Shown here: piece after piece, positions 16,384-25,872 of the stretch
Position numbering within the stretch: position 1 is the first letter of the stretch
Layout: each line of letters starts with the position of its first letter
Source: Spirochaetia bacterium
Lineage (GTDB): Bacteria; Spirochaetota; Spirochaetia; SZUA-6; Bin103
Reading direction: 5' to 3'
DNA: 64,000 nt
Assembly: GCA_965208065.1 (NCBI GenBank)
Contig: OZ242313.1
Span: forward strand, 1,349,171-1,413,170
Program-made: the position numbers and the translations under genes
Notes under the pieces: model-generated
Seen by the model: the letters and a program-made list of their open reading frames with translations, nothing else
What the model was told of the DNA's origin: nothing
Database searches by the model: none

Positions 16384-18828
16384 ATGGATCTGAAGCGGGT
16401 GTTTGCCGCGTTCGAGTCGCCGCCGCGGGAGTTTGGGCCGATTCCGTTCTGGTTTCTGAACGACGACCTGGAAGAGGGTGAGTTGCTGCGCCAGCTGCGC
16501 GCCTTTCACGACGCCCACTACGGCGGCTTTGTGTTGCATGCCCGGATTGGCCTCTCGCGCCGGGTCGGCTACCTGACCGGTGAGTTTTTCCGCCTGGCGC
16601 GGCTGCTGGTGGCGGAGGCGGCGCGCCTGGGCATGAAGGTGATCCTGTACGACGAGGGCAGCTACCCGTCGGGGTCGGCCGGGGGCGCCGTGGTCGCGGA
16701 GAATCCGGAATACGTCAGCCGGGCGATGGGGCTGTGGACGCGCACCGTAGATGGACCGTTCGCGGGCTTCTGGCGTCCCAACACCGGGCGCGGCCTGCGC
16801 GACCGGCACGTGTGCACGGTGCTGGGCCGGCGCACCGACGCCGGCGGGGTGGACCCGGACACGGTGCGCGTGCTGGAGCCGCTGCCGCACGACATCGTCC
16901 GCATCGAGGTGCCGGCCGGGCACTGGACGGCGATGAGCGTGTGGCAGGTGGACAGCGGCGGCCATATCCGCGGCGTGTTCCCGGAGCAGGAGACCGGCAG
17001 CCTCTCCGCGCCGCCGGCGGGAGACATCCTCAACCCGGATGCGGTGTCCTGCTTCCTGCGCCTCACCCACGACCGCTACTACGAGCACCTGGCGGAGTTC
17101 TTCGGCACCACTATCATTGCAATGTTCACCGACGAGCCGCAGGTGATGGGCCGCAACCCGGTGCGGCCCGCCGATCCCCGGCCGTTCACGCCCGGCCTGA
17201 TCGAATGGCTGACCGGGCGCTGGGGTGAAGATCCGCGGCCCTGGCTGCCGGCGCTGTGGGAGGACTACGGCCCCGCCACCGAGCCGTTTCGGCGCCGCTT
17301 CGAGGCCGCCATCCAGGCGCGGCTGCAGGAGGTGTTCTTCGCCGCCCAGGCGCGCTGGTGCGCCGAGCACGGCATCGCTCTGACCGGCCATCCGGCGGAG
17401 AGCGAGGAGCTGTCGCCGTTGCGCTGGTTCCAGCTTCCCGGCCAGGACATGGTGTGGCGCTACGTCGAGCCGGACCAGCCGACGGCAATCGAGGGCCGCC
17501 ACAGCGTGGCCGCCAAGGTGGCCACCAGCGGGGCGCGCATCCAGGGCGCGCGCCGCATCCTGACCGAGGTGTGCGGCGCCTACGGCTGGCGCATGACCCT
17601 GGAAGAGATGAAATGGTTGTTCGACTGGCACCTGGTGCGCGGCAACAACCTGATCGATCCGCACGCGGTGTTCTACTCGATCCGCGGCCGCCGCGCCTGG
17701 GAGAGCGAGCCGGACCTGTGTCTGCACAACACCTGGCGCCCCTACGTGGGCCTGGTCAACCGCTACGCCCAGCGCCTGAGCTGGCTGCTGTGCGACGGCG
17801 AGCAGGTGTGCGACGTGGCCATCCTGGGCGACGGCAACGCCATCGGCTGGCGGGCGGCGAAGCAACTCTACCAGCGGCAGATCGACTTCCTGTACCTGGA
17901 TGCGCGCGCGGTGGCGGAGGCATCGGTGGAGGGCGCCACACTGGTGGCCGGCACGCAGGCGTACCGCGCCGTGGTGGTGGAGGGGAGCCCGGTGCTTGGC
18001 GAGCAGGCGCAGCGTGTGCTCGATGCGTTCGCCGCCGCCGGCGGCCACGCAATCGAATTCGCCGACGGGATTGATCTGCCCGCTCGCCTCGCCGGCCTGA
18101 TCGCCCCCGACCTGCGCCTCGATCCGCCGCACCCCGACCTGCGCTTCATCCACTACCGCAAGGACGGCATCGACTTCTACCTGCTGGTCAACGAGGGCGG
18201 CGAAACGATTGCCGGCGAGGTGTCGCTGCGCGCTGCCGGGCGGGTGGAGTGCTGGGATGCGCTGGCCGGCTCCCGCCAGCCGGCGCGCGCCAGGACCGCC
18301 GGCACCGGAGTGGCCGTCGCGCTGCATCTGCCGCGCCGCGAGAGCGTGGTGCTGGCGGTTGACCCGGCGGCCGGTTTCTCGCCTGCGCCGGACGCGGACG
18401 GATACGGCGAGCGGACACTCGCCCTCGACCATCAGGCACTCGTCCTCGGGGGGCCGTGGGAGGTGCGGTGCGAGGACGGTGAGCCGATTCCCGGCCTGGG
18501 GCTCGGCGACTGGTCGCGGCACCCCGGCCTGGAGCTGTTCTCCGGCACCCTGCGCTACCGGACCGTGCTCGACTTGCCGGCCGCCGCCGACCGGTTGGAA
18601 CTGGACCTCGGCGCCGTGGGCGACATCGCCGAGGCGTTGCTCGACGGGGAGCCGGCCGGGGTGCGCATGTGGGCCCCTTACCGCATTCCGCTCACCGCTC
18701 CGGTCGCCGCCGGCCGCCATACACTTGAGGTGCGGGTCACCAACAGTATGGCCAACGCCTACGAAGGGGCCCAGCTCCCCTCCGGCCTCATCGGCCCGGT
18801 ACAGCTCATCCTCCGGCAGCGCTGCTGA
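16384..18828 (+). CDS. Large glycoside-hydrolase-like protein (GH106/GH2-sugar-binding-like; family uncertain)
   Basis: 814 aa. The N-terminus (PIPFWFLNDDLEEGELLRQLRAFHDAHYGGFVLHARIGL) resembles the start of GH106-type rhamnosidase-like hydrolases as I recall them. It lies next to a sugar ABC system. The family assignment needs an HMM search. Confidence 0.55.
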   Translation: MDLKRVFAAFESPPREFGPIPFWFLNDDLEEGELLRQLRAFHDAHYGGFVLHARIGLSRRVGYLTGEFFRLARLLVAEAARLGMKVILYDEGSYPSGSAGGAVVAENPEYVSRAMGLWTRTVDGPFAGFWRPNTGRGLRDRHVCTVLGRRTDAGGVDPDTVRVLEPLPHDIVRIEVPAGHWTAMSVWQVDSGGHIRGVFPEQETGSLSAPPAGDILNPDAVSCFLRLTHDRYYEHLAEFFGTTIIAMFTDEPQVMGRNPVRPADPRPFTPGLIEWLTGRWGEDPRPWLPALWEDYGPATEPFRRRFEAAIQARLQEVFFAAQARWCAEHGIALTGHPAESEELSPLRWFQLPGQDMVWRYVEPDQPTAIEGRHSVAAKVATSGARIQGARRILTEVCGAYGWRMTLEEMKWLFDWHLVRGNNLIDPHAVFYSIRGRRAWESEPDLCLHNTWRPYVGLVNRYAQRLSWLLCDGEQVCDVAILGDGNAIGWRAAKQLYQRQIDFLYLDARAVAEASVEGATLVAGTQAYRAVVVEGSPVLGEQAQRVLDAFAAAGGHAIEFADGIDLPARLAGLIAPDLRLDPPHPDLRFIHYRKDGIDFYLLVNEGGETIAGEVSLRAAGRVECWDALAGSRQPARARTAGTGVAVALHLPRRESVVLAVDPAAGFSPAPDADGYGERTLALDHQALVLGGPWEVRCEDGEPIPGLGLGDWSRHPGLELFSGTLRYRTVLDLPAAADRLELDLGAVGDIAEALLDGEPAGVRMWAPYRIPLTAPVAAGRHTLEVRVTNSMANAYEGAQLPSGLIGPVQLILRQRC

Positions 18829-18953
18829 CGGTCGCCGCCGCAAGGCGCTATGTCGTGGCGCATGTCGACCCTTTCTGATGCCGATGCGAGGGATGCGAGG
18901 TGCCTTGTCGAGAACGTCCGCTGCCGGTAAGGTGGCGATTCCGATGAGAGAGC

Positions 18954-19925
18954 ATGCCAAGACAGACTGACGACGCTGGCGCGGTGGCCGGGCTGCACCG
19001 CCCCTCGGCCGCGGAGAAGATACACGAGACCGTGCGCTACCTGCTGCGCTCGTGGGAGCTGTATGCGTTCGTGTTGCCGGCCATTATCCACGTGCTGCTG
19101 TTCCGCTACCTGCCGATCTACGGCCTGCGCATAGCGTTCACGGACGGTTTCTCGTTGCGTTCCGGGCGCTCGGCGCCGGAGTGGAACGAGTTTGCCCACT
19201 TCATCCGCTTTTTCAACTCCGCCTACTTCATTCCGGTCATCCGCAACACCATCGTCATCTCGCTGTACAGCTTGGCCACCTGGCCGATCCCGCTGGCGTT
19301 GGCACTGATGATCAACGAGGCGCGCAGCCGTTTTTTCAAGAAGAGCGTGCAGATGGTGACCTACGCCCCGCACTTCATCTCCACGGTGGTGGTGGTCAGC
19401 ATCATGTACTTCTTCCTGAGCCCGCGCATCGGGGTGGTCAACTCGGTCATTCAGCTCCTCGGCGGGGAGGCGATCTTCTTCATGGCCAGCCCCTCCTGGG
19501 GGCCGTCGCTGTTCGTGCTCTCCGAGCTGTGGCAGAACGCCGGCTTCAACGCCATCATCTTCCTGGCCGCCCTGAGCGCGGTCGATTCGTCGCTGCGCGA
19601 GGCGGCGTTCTGCGACGGCGCCAACAAGCTGCAGATCATCTGGCACATCGAGATCCCGTGGATCATGCCTACCATCGTGATCCTGTTCATCATGCGCCTC
19701 GGGCAGCTCCTCACCATCGGGTTCGAGAAGGTGCTGCTGATGCAGAACGACCTGAACATCTCCACCCTGGAGGTGGTGGCCACCTACACCTACCGCTCCG
19801 GTATCCTGCAGTCGCAGTACGACTACGCCACCGCGGTGGGGTTGCTGGAGACGGTGGTCAACTTCGCCATCCTGGTGGCGGCCAACCGCCTCGCGCGCCG
19901 CATCGGCCAGACCTCGCTGTGGTAG
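18954..19925 (+). CDS. Sugar ABC transporter permease (LplB-like, CUT1 family)
   Basis: LplB-type N-terminus (LRSWELYAFVLPAIIHVLLFRYLPIYGLRIAF) and an EAA-like loop region. Confidence 0.8.
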   Translation: MPRQTDDAGAVAGLHRPSAAEKIHETVRYLLRSWELYAFVLPAIIHVLLFRYLPIYGLRIAFTDGFSLRSGRSAPEWNEFAHFIRFFNSAYFIPVIRNTIVISLYSLATWPIPLALALMINEARSRFFKKSVQMVTYAPHFISTVVVVSIMYFFLSPRIGVVNSVIQLLGGEAIFFMASPSWGPSLFVLSELWQNAGFNAIIFLAALSAVDSSLREAAFCDGANKLQIIWHIEIPWIMPTIVILFIMRLGQLLTIGFEKVLLMQNDLNISTLEVVATYTYRSGILQSQYDYATAVGLLETVVNFAILVAANRLARRIGQTSLW

Positions 19926-19932
19926 CGGTGCG

Positions 19933-20835
19933 GTGGTAGATTTTCGCAGCCGCTCCGACCGCATCTTCGACCGCATCAACGTCGCGCTGCTGGTGGTGGT
20001 GCTGGTGGCCACCCTGTACCCGGTCTACTTCGTGGTAATCGCGTCGGTCAGCTCGCCGACCCTGGTGTCCGCCGGCCACGTCTACCTGTGGCCGGACGGC
20101 TTCAACGTCGAGGGCTACAGCTACATCCTGCGCGACAAGCGCATCATGTTCGGCTACCGCAACTCGCTCATCTACGCGGTCGGTCAGACCATCATCTCGC
20201 TGGTGCTTACCATTCCCGCCGCCTACGCCCTGTCGCGCCGCGACATGCGCTGGCGCGGGCTGATCATGTTCTATTTCGTTTTTACGCTGTACTTTACCGG
20301 CGGCATCATTCCGTTCTACGTGGTGGTGCTCAAGCTCGGCCTGAAGGACTCGGTGTGGTCGCTGATGCTGCCCAACGCCGTGAACGTGTTCAACCTGATC
20401 ATTGCGCGCACCTTCTTCCAGTCCAACATCCCCGATGAACTGCTCGAGTCGGCGCAGCTCGACGGCTGCAACAACACGCGGTTCTTCGTCAGCATCGTGC
20501 TGCCGGTGGGGCAGGCGATCATCGCCATCGTGGTGCTGTTCAACGTGGTGCAGAACTGGAACGCCTTCTTCCACGCCTTGCTGTTCATCAACGACCAGGC
20601 CAAGTATCCGCTGCAACTCGTGCTGCGGCGGCTGCTGATCCTGAACCAGCTCCTGTCCGGCGGCGGCGAGGGTCTGGAGGCGCTGTCGCCGGAGGAGATC
20701 CAGCGCCGCCAGCTTTTGGCGGATCTGCTGCGCTACGGTACCATTGTGGTGGCCATCGCCCCGCTGATGATCCTCTACCCATTCATTCAGCGCCACTTCG
20801 TCAAGGGCATAATGGTCGGTTCCATCAAAGGGTAG
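19933..20835 (+). CDS. Carbohydrate ABC transporter permease (LplC-like)
   Basis: GTG start. LplC-type N-terminus (INVALLVVVLVATLYPVYFVVIASVSS). 300 aa. Confidence 0.8.
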   Translation: MVDFRSRSDRIFDRINVALLVVVLVATLYPVYFVVIASVSSPTLVSAGHVYLWPDGFNVEGYSYILRDKRIMFGYRNSLIYAVGQTIISLVLTIPAAYALSRRDMRWRGLIMFYFVFTLYFTGGIIPFYVVVLKLGLKDSVWSLMLPNAVNVFNLIIARTFFQSNIPDELLESAQLDGCNNTRFFVSIVLPVGQAIIAIVVLFNVVQNWNAFFHALLFINDQAKYPLQLVLRRLLILNQLLSGGGEGLEALSPEEIQRRQLLADLLRYGTIVVAIAPLMILYPFIQRHFVKGIMVGSIKG

Positions 20836-20849
20836 TACTTTCTGCAGAA

Positions 20850-20902
20850 CCGTATTAAGCCGTATTGAGCCGTTAAGGCAACGGGTCCCGCCTGTGCGGG
20901 AC
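20850..20902 (+). promoter_or_regulatory. Intercistronic element: three tandem CCGT(A)TTRAG decamers followed by a 7-bp stem / 4-nt loop hairpin
   Basis: ccgtattaag-ccgtattgag-ccgttaagg lies at 20850-20878. GTCCCGC-ctgt-GCGGGAC lies at 20885-20902. It sits just upstream of the RBS AGAGGAGGA and the ATG at 20925. Confidence 0.3.
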
Positions 20903-20924
20903 GTATCACAAAGAGGAGGATGCA

Positions 20925-22514
20925 ATGAAAAAAGCATTCGCATTTATCTGCGCCGCGGCGCTGCTGGTGACCCCGGCCGCCCTGTTCGCGGGGCCGGAAG
21001 GCGAGGAAATGGCCTCGGCGGACGAGCTGACCGCGCCCGGCATATTCCCGATCGAGCCTTCCATCACCATGGTGGCGGGTCATACCTGGACCCACGATCC
21101 GGAGGACAACCCCTGGATTCAGAGTTGGGCCGAGCCGACCGGCGTCAACCTGGAATGGGTGCTGATGGACAGCACCGAAAAGATGTCGATCGTGTTCGCG
21201 TCGGACGACTACCCGGCGATGATGTTCGGCGTTACCGGTCTGCACAAGAACCTGATCGCCCAGTTGCTGCAGGAGGGCGTGGTAACCGATCTGCGCCAGC
21301 ACCTCGGCAAGGGCTATACCCCGAACCTGGACCAGATCTTCGCCGAGAAGCCGGAGGCGCTGGCCTACATGATGAACCCGCAGGGTCAAATGCAGGCGCT
21401 GGCGCGGTTCCACTTCCTGGAGTCCAACTACCTGGAGCAGAACTACATGGTCAACCGGCGCTGGCTGGACGCTCTGGGCCTGGACGCGCCGACCACCACC
21501 GGCGAACTGCGTGACGTGCTGATCGCGTTCCGCGACGGTGACCCGAACGGCAACGGCGAGGCGGACGAGATTCCGTTCGCGTTCGTAACCAACGACGGCT
21601 TCGCCCAGCACCTGCGCTCCATGTACGGCATCTGGGGCATGCCCACCAAGAACGGCATCGCGATCCGCGACGGCCAGGCCTACTTCGCGCCGATTACCCA
21701 GGGCTACCGGGACATGATCACCTACATGGCCGATCTGTACAGCGAGGGGCTGATCGATCCGGAGAGCTTCACCATGAACTCGAACGACTTCAACGCCAAG
21801 GTGGACGATCCTTCCGGCAACATCTACGGCTTCGTGGTCGCCCGCCGCGGCTTCACCCCGGTCAACGACGCGACCGCCAACCGCGGCGAGTTCGAGTCGA
21901 TTCCGCCGCTGCGCGCCCCCGGCTACGAGCCGGAGATGTGGGTGCATCCGGGCCGGCTGGCAATCAAGAACGTATGGTTCATGACCGACGTCAATCCCTA
22001 CCCCGAGCACACCCTGGCGTTCGTGGACCGTTTCTACACGCTGGAAAACAGCGTGCAGGCGCAGTTCGGGTTCGCGCCCGAGGGCATTGCGCAGGAGAAC
22101 GGCGTGTGGGTGCCGCAGCCGATCGATCCCGAGCGGCGTGCGCAGATCGCCACCGCTGGTACCTTCCCGAGCATCTTTCGCGAGGAGGACTTCGGTCCCA
22201 ATCTCGCCATGGACAAGACCACCCAGTTCCTGTTTGACCAGTACTACGAGCACTACGTGCGCTTCAAGGCCAAGGAGCAGTGGGTGCGCGCCGAGTTTGC
22301 CGCCGACGAGCAGACCGAGGCCAACACTCTGCGCACCGACATCGACACGCTCTGGAAGACCAACCAGGCGCGCTGGATCACCGGCGCCGGCAACATCGAC
22401 GACGAGTGGGACGACTACGTGAAGCAGATGAAGAACATGGGCATTGACCGCTACGTCGAATTGCACCACGCGGCGCACAGCCGTTTCCTGAACGAGGTCG
22501 GCGACTACCGCTAA
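20925..22514 (+). CDS. Extracellular solute-binding protein (LplA-like, large CUT1 SBP)
   Basis: Signal peptide MKKAFAFICAAALLVTPAALFA. 529 aa, the size and composition typical of LplA-type sugar-binding lipoproteins. Strong RBS. Confidence 0.8.
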   Translation: MKKAFAFICAAALLVTPAALFAGPEGEEMASADELTAPGIFPIEPSITMVAGHTWTHDPEDNPWIQSWAEPTGVNLEWVLMDSTEKMSIVFASDDYPAMMFGVTGLHKNLIAQLLQEGVVTDLRQHLGKGYTPNLDQIFAEKPEALAYMMNPQGQMQALARFHFLESNYLEQNYMVNRRWLDALGLDAPTTTGELRDVLIAFRDGDPNGNGEADEIPFAFVTNDGFAQHLRSMYGIWGMPTKNGIAIRDGQAYFAPITQGYRDMITYMADLYSEGLIDPESFTMNSNDFNAKVDDPSGNIYGFVVARRGFTPVNDATANRGEFESIPPLRAPGYEPEMWVHPGRLAIKNVWFMTDVNPYPEHTLAFVDRFYTLENSVQAQFGFAPEGIAQENGVWVPQPIDPERRAQIATAGTFPSIFREEDFGPNLAMDKTTQFLFDQYYEHYVRFKAKEQWVRAEFAADEQTEANTLRTDIDTLWKTNQARWITGAGNIDDEWDDYVKQMKNMGIDRYVELHHAAHSRFLNEVGDYR

Positions 22515-22536
22515 CCTCCCTACCGAAGGCGGCACC

Positions 22537-22562
22537 GGCAGGGCTGCCCAGGCAGTCCTGCC
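22537..22562. terminator. Hairpin between convergent genes (10-bp stem with one G-U pair, 6-nt loop)
   Basis: GGCAGGGCTG-cccagg-CAGTCCTGCC was read directly from the sequence. No U-tract. Confidence 0.3.
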
Positions 22563-22610
22563 GCCCGCCTCCCGCGTCTCCCGCGTCTCCCGCGCCCCGC
22601 CAACGGTGGC

Positions 22611-23330
22611 TCAGGCCAGGCCGTAAACCGGGATGCCGGCTCCGTGGATCGCTGCCGCGTCGCCGGAGGCGAGGAACACGATGACGTTGGCCAGGGCGGC
22701 TGGCGCCACCCAGTTGCCGGGATCGGAATTCGGCATCGCGGCGCGGTTCGCGGGCGTGTCGATAATGCTCGGCAACACGGCGTTGACGTTGACGCCGGAA
22801 TCCTTCAACTCGGCAGACAGCGACTGCGTTAGTGCGAGCACTGCCGCCTTGGTTGCGCCGTACACGCCGTTGCCGGCCTCTCCCTGCAGCGCCGCCCGCG
22901 CCGACACGTTGACGATTGCGCCGCCGCCGGCAGCCGTAAGGACCGTCGCCGCCGCCCGGCACACGGTGAAGGTGGTACGCAGATTCAGGTCCAGCAGGTG
23001 CTCCAGCGCGGCGTCGTCCGCGTCCGCCACCCGCGTCCAGGTGTAGCCGCCGGCCAGGTTGACCACCGCGCGCAGCGAGTCCGGCGCAACGCGCTCGAAC
23101 AGCGCGGACACCTCGCCGGCCCGGCGCAGGTCGCACCGCTGCAGCGCCACTCGCTCCGCCTGCCCGGCAAACCGCTCCCGGAACGGCGCCACCTCCGCCT
23201 CCACCACGTAGGTCGCCAGCACCCGCGCCCCGGCATCCAGGAAGCCCTGTACCACCGCGCCCCCAAGCGCGCCGGTCCCGCCGGTTACAATTACCGTTTC
23301 TCCGCCAAAATCGATCCGCATGGCGCTCAT
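22611..23330 (-). CDS. SDR family oxidoreductase
   Basis: Start trimmed to MSAMRIDFGGETVIVTGGTGALGGAV (TGxxxGxG). Catalytic Y-x3-K (YGATKAA). Confidence 0.85.
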   Translation of the reverse strand: MSAMRIDFGGETVIVTGGTGALGGAVVQGFLDAGARVLATYVVEAEVAPFRERFAGQAERVALQRCDLRRAGEVSALFERVAPDSLRAVVNLAGGYTWTRVADADDAALEHLLDLNLRTTFTVCRAAATVLTAAGGGAIVNVSARAALQGEAGNGVYGATKAAVLALTQSLSAELKDSGVNVNAVLPSIIDTPANRAAMPNSDPGNWVAPAALANVIVFLASGDAAAIHGAGIPVYGLA

Positions 23331-23531
23331 CGTAGGCGGCGCGTGGGGCGTGTCAAGAACCGCTTCACCGTATGCGTTGGGCTCGGCGCCGACCACGCCG
23401 TGACTGGCTGTCGAAGCGTGGCCAACATCCCGCCGTTGGTATAGGTTGTGAAATGTAGTGGAGGTCCCTATTTCCTGATGCCGGGAGCAGCACCCGCGAA
23501 TCCGAACACCAGCAGCCGGGCACGGAGCCGA

Positions 23532-24812
23532 ATGAATAACGTGCGTCCGGAGGATCGATCCGTCCATGAGTGGTATCGATTCGTGTTGTCGTTTCCGCCG
23601 CACCTGGTTCAGGACTATCTGGACCGGTTCGGGATGGGTCCGGGGGATACGGTACTCGATCCATTCGCCGGCACCGGCACTACCCTGGTCGAGTGCAAGA
23701 AGCGCGGCATCGCCAGTGTCGGCATCGAGTCCAACCCGATGGCGAGGTTCGCCAGTTCCGTAAAATTGGACTGGTCCGTCGAGCCTGTGGCCCTGTCCGA
23801 GTACGCCGCGGCAGTCGCCGAAAGCGCCCGATCCGCCATTGCCCGGGATGGTTATTCCGACTGGAACGACCTGCCTCTATTCACCGATGGGAACGGGACG
23901 CGTGTGCCATTACGGAGCCTGACTCCGGAGCAGAGCAAATTGTTGCTGAAGGACTCCATCAGTCCGCTGCCTCTGCACAAGGCGCTGATCCTGCTCGACG
24001 CCATCGACACCTGCGGCGGCTCCCCATTGCCGCGCTATGGGCGGCTCGCGCTTGCTCATGCACTGGTGCGCGAAATCGGCAACCTGAAGTTCGGGCCGGA
24101 GGTGGGAGTGGGAAAGCTCAAGGATGACGCGCCCGTCGTGGATTCCTGGCTTGGCCACATGCGGACGATGGTCGATGACCTCTCCCAAACCGGCAGTCGT
24201 GCCGAAGTGCCGGCTTCCGTTCGCCAGGGCGACGCCCGCAGGGTCGATCAGATTCTGAGCTCTCGCTCGGTCGATGCGGTGATCACCTCGCCACCCTATC
24301 CCAACGAAAAGGACTACACGAGAACGACGCGGCTGGAGTCGGTGATCCTCGGTCTGATCGGTGATTTGACCGGCCTGCGCGAACTCAAGAAGGATCTGAT
24401 CCGCTCCAACACTCGCGGGGTCTACAAGGGCGACGCAGACGATCTGGAGGTAGCCGCGCACACGGCCATTCAGGAAATCGCCAACAAGATCGAACAACGG
24501 CGATTGGAGTTGGGGAAAACTTCTGGCTTCGAGCGAATGTACGCGCGAGTTACCAAGCTGTACTTCGGCGGAATGGCGAAGCACTTTGCTGGGCTGCGGG
24601 CCGTCCTCAATCCCGGTGCGAAGCTCGCCTACGTAGTGGGCGATCAGGCGTCTTACCTCCGCGTGATGATTCGTACCGGACACCTGCTCGCCGACATCGC
24701 GGAGTCCCTCGGCTATCGCGTGGAAGGCATCGATCTCTTCCGCACGCGTCTGTCGACGGCTACGGGCGAGCAACTCCGGGAAGAAGTGGTACTACTGCAG
24801 TGGCCAAAGTGA
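23532..24812 (+). CDS. DNA amino-methyltransferase (N4-C or N6-A), motif order I then IV (alpha-type)
   Basis: AdoMet motif I VLDPFAGTGTT at residues ~70-79 of the ORF and catalytic motif IV VITSPPYPN at ~278-286. The post-IV segment LNPGAKLAYVVGDQ is present. Start set at ATG 23532 after GGAG; the ORF-track GTG at 23448 is possible. GC is lower than the surroundings. Confidence 0.75.
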   Translation: MNNVRPEDRSVHEWYRFVLSFPPHLVQDYLDRFGMGPGDTVLDPFAGTGTTLVECKKRGIASVGIESNPMARFASSVKLDWSVEPVALSEYAAAVAESARSAIARDGYSDWNDLPLFTDGNGTRVPLRSLTPEQSKLLLKDSISPLPLHKALILLDAIDTCGGSPLPRYGRLALAHALVREIGNLKFGPEVGVGKLKDDAPVVDSWLGHMRTMVDDLSQTGSRAEVPASVRQGDARRVDQILSSRSVDAVITSPPYPNEKDYTRTTRLESVILGLIGDLTGLRELKKDLIRSNTRGVYKGDADDLEVAAHTAIQEIANKIEQRRLELGKTSGFERMYARVTKLYFGGMAKHFAGLRAVLNPGAKLAYVVGDQASYLRVMIRTGHLLADIAESLGYRVEGIDLFRTRLSTATGEQLREEVVLLQWPK

Positions 24813-25612
24813 GCGGCAATAACCGCTACGTCGCGATAGTCGAGCATATTTTCCACTCCGCATATCAAGCCGGACAGCGAGACGTTGCATTTGAACGGGA
24901 AGACATGGTCAAGTCAGCTGCCAAGTTGGGAGTCGAAAGACCAAGGAATCTGGGTGACTTGATCTACACGTTCCGGTATAGACAGGAACTTCCGGATAGC
25001 ATTTTGAATACCGCTCCAGACGGAGAGACCTGGATCATTAGATCCGCCGGGACCAGCAGATACCGATTCGTGCTGGTCACGGATGCGCCTCTCACGCCCA
25101 ATCCAAATCTGGCGGTAACCAAGGTACCGGACGCGACGCCGGGAATTATAGCCAGAAACGCGTTCAGCGATGAGCAGGCGGTGCTGGCACTGGTCCGATA
25201 CAATCGCCTGATCGACATCTTTCTGGGGATCGCTTGCTACTCGCTTCAGAATCACTTGCGGACGACGGTGCGTGGTCTGGGTCAAGTCGAAACCGACGAG
25301 ATATATGTCGGCTTGGACAAACGCGGCTCCCATTACGTGGTGCCCGTGCAAGCCAAGGGCGGTAGCGACCGTCTCAGCCGCATCCAGATCGAGCAGGACA
25401 TCGCCGTGTGCGCGGAGAAGCTCCCTTCTCTCATATGCCAACCGGTGGGATTGCAGTTGCTACAAGACGACATCATTGTGCTGTTCGCGTTCGAACAGGA
25501 TGGTGACGATATCAAGGTGGCCTCCGAAAAGCACTATCAACTCGTTCCGGCGGATTCGGTAACCGACGACGACCTCCGGAGATATCGACAGCGACTGGCG
25601 GCCGCGGATTGA
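24800..25612 (+). CDS. Hypothetical protein, candidate PD-(D/E)xK restriction endonuclease partner of the methyltransferase
   Basis: Overlaps the MTase stop; GTG 24800 gives a 13-nt overlap, and GTG 24809 gives a GTGA 4-nt overlap. ETDEIYVGLDKRGSHYVVPVQAKGG fits D-x(n)-(E/Q)-x-K. I recognise no named family. Confidence 0.45.
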   Translation: MAKVSGNNRYVAIVEHIFHSAYQAGQRDVAFEREDMVKSAAKLGVERPRNLGDLIYTFRYRQELPDSILNTAPDGETWIIRSAGTSRYRFVLVTDAPLTPNPNLAVTKVPDATPGIIARNAFSDEQAVLALVRYNRLIDIFLGIACYSLQNHLRTTVRGLGQVETDEIYVGLDKRGSHYVVPVQAKGGSDRLSRIQIEQDIAVCAEKLPSLICQPVGLQLLQDDIIVLFAFEQDGDDIKVASEKHYQLVPADSVTDDDLRRYRQRLAAAD

Positions 25613-25872
25613 TGCTTCTTGGCTGTTCCATCGAAGAGTTGGGATCGGGGGATGCGGGCTGGCGGGAACTGGTGGAGGTCATTACCGGGGAGGGACCGGC
25701 GAAGGAGGCGTAACGCGACGAGCCAAGCTGGGAGCTCGTCATGCCGCTTCGCCCATCTTACCCCACCGAGCGGACGCGTGCGGTGATTGCACCCGTTAAT
25801 CACCGCATGGTTTGCGGCGATTGGCTTGCCTCAATTGCCGGACGCCGGGAGCATTCGCCGCGTAGTTTGCGG

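Noticed and set aside
16354-18960. 868-aa ORF on the - strand
   Set aside because: It lies antisense to the glycoside-hydrolase-like gene, has low-complexity composition and no recognisable domain. It is a shadow ORF.
22566-22592. Short tandem CCCGCGTCT repeats downstream of the sugar SBP gene
   Set aside because: There are only about 2.5 copies of a 9-mer in a GC-rich convergent intergenic region. That is too short to distinguish from chance low complexity.
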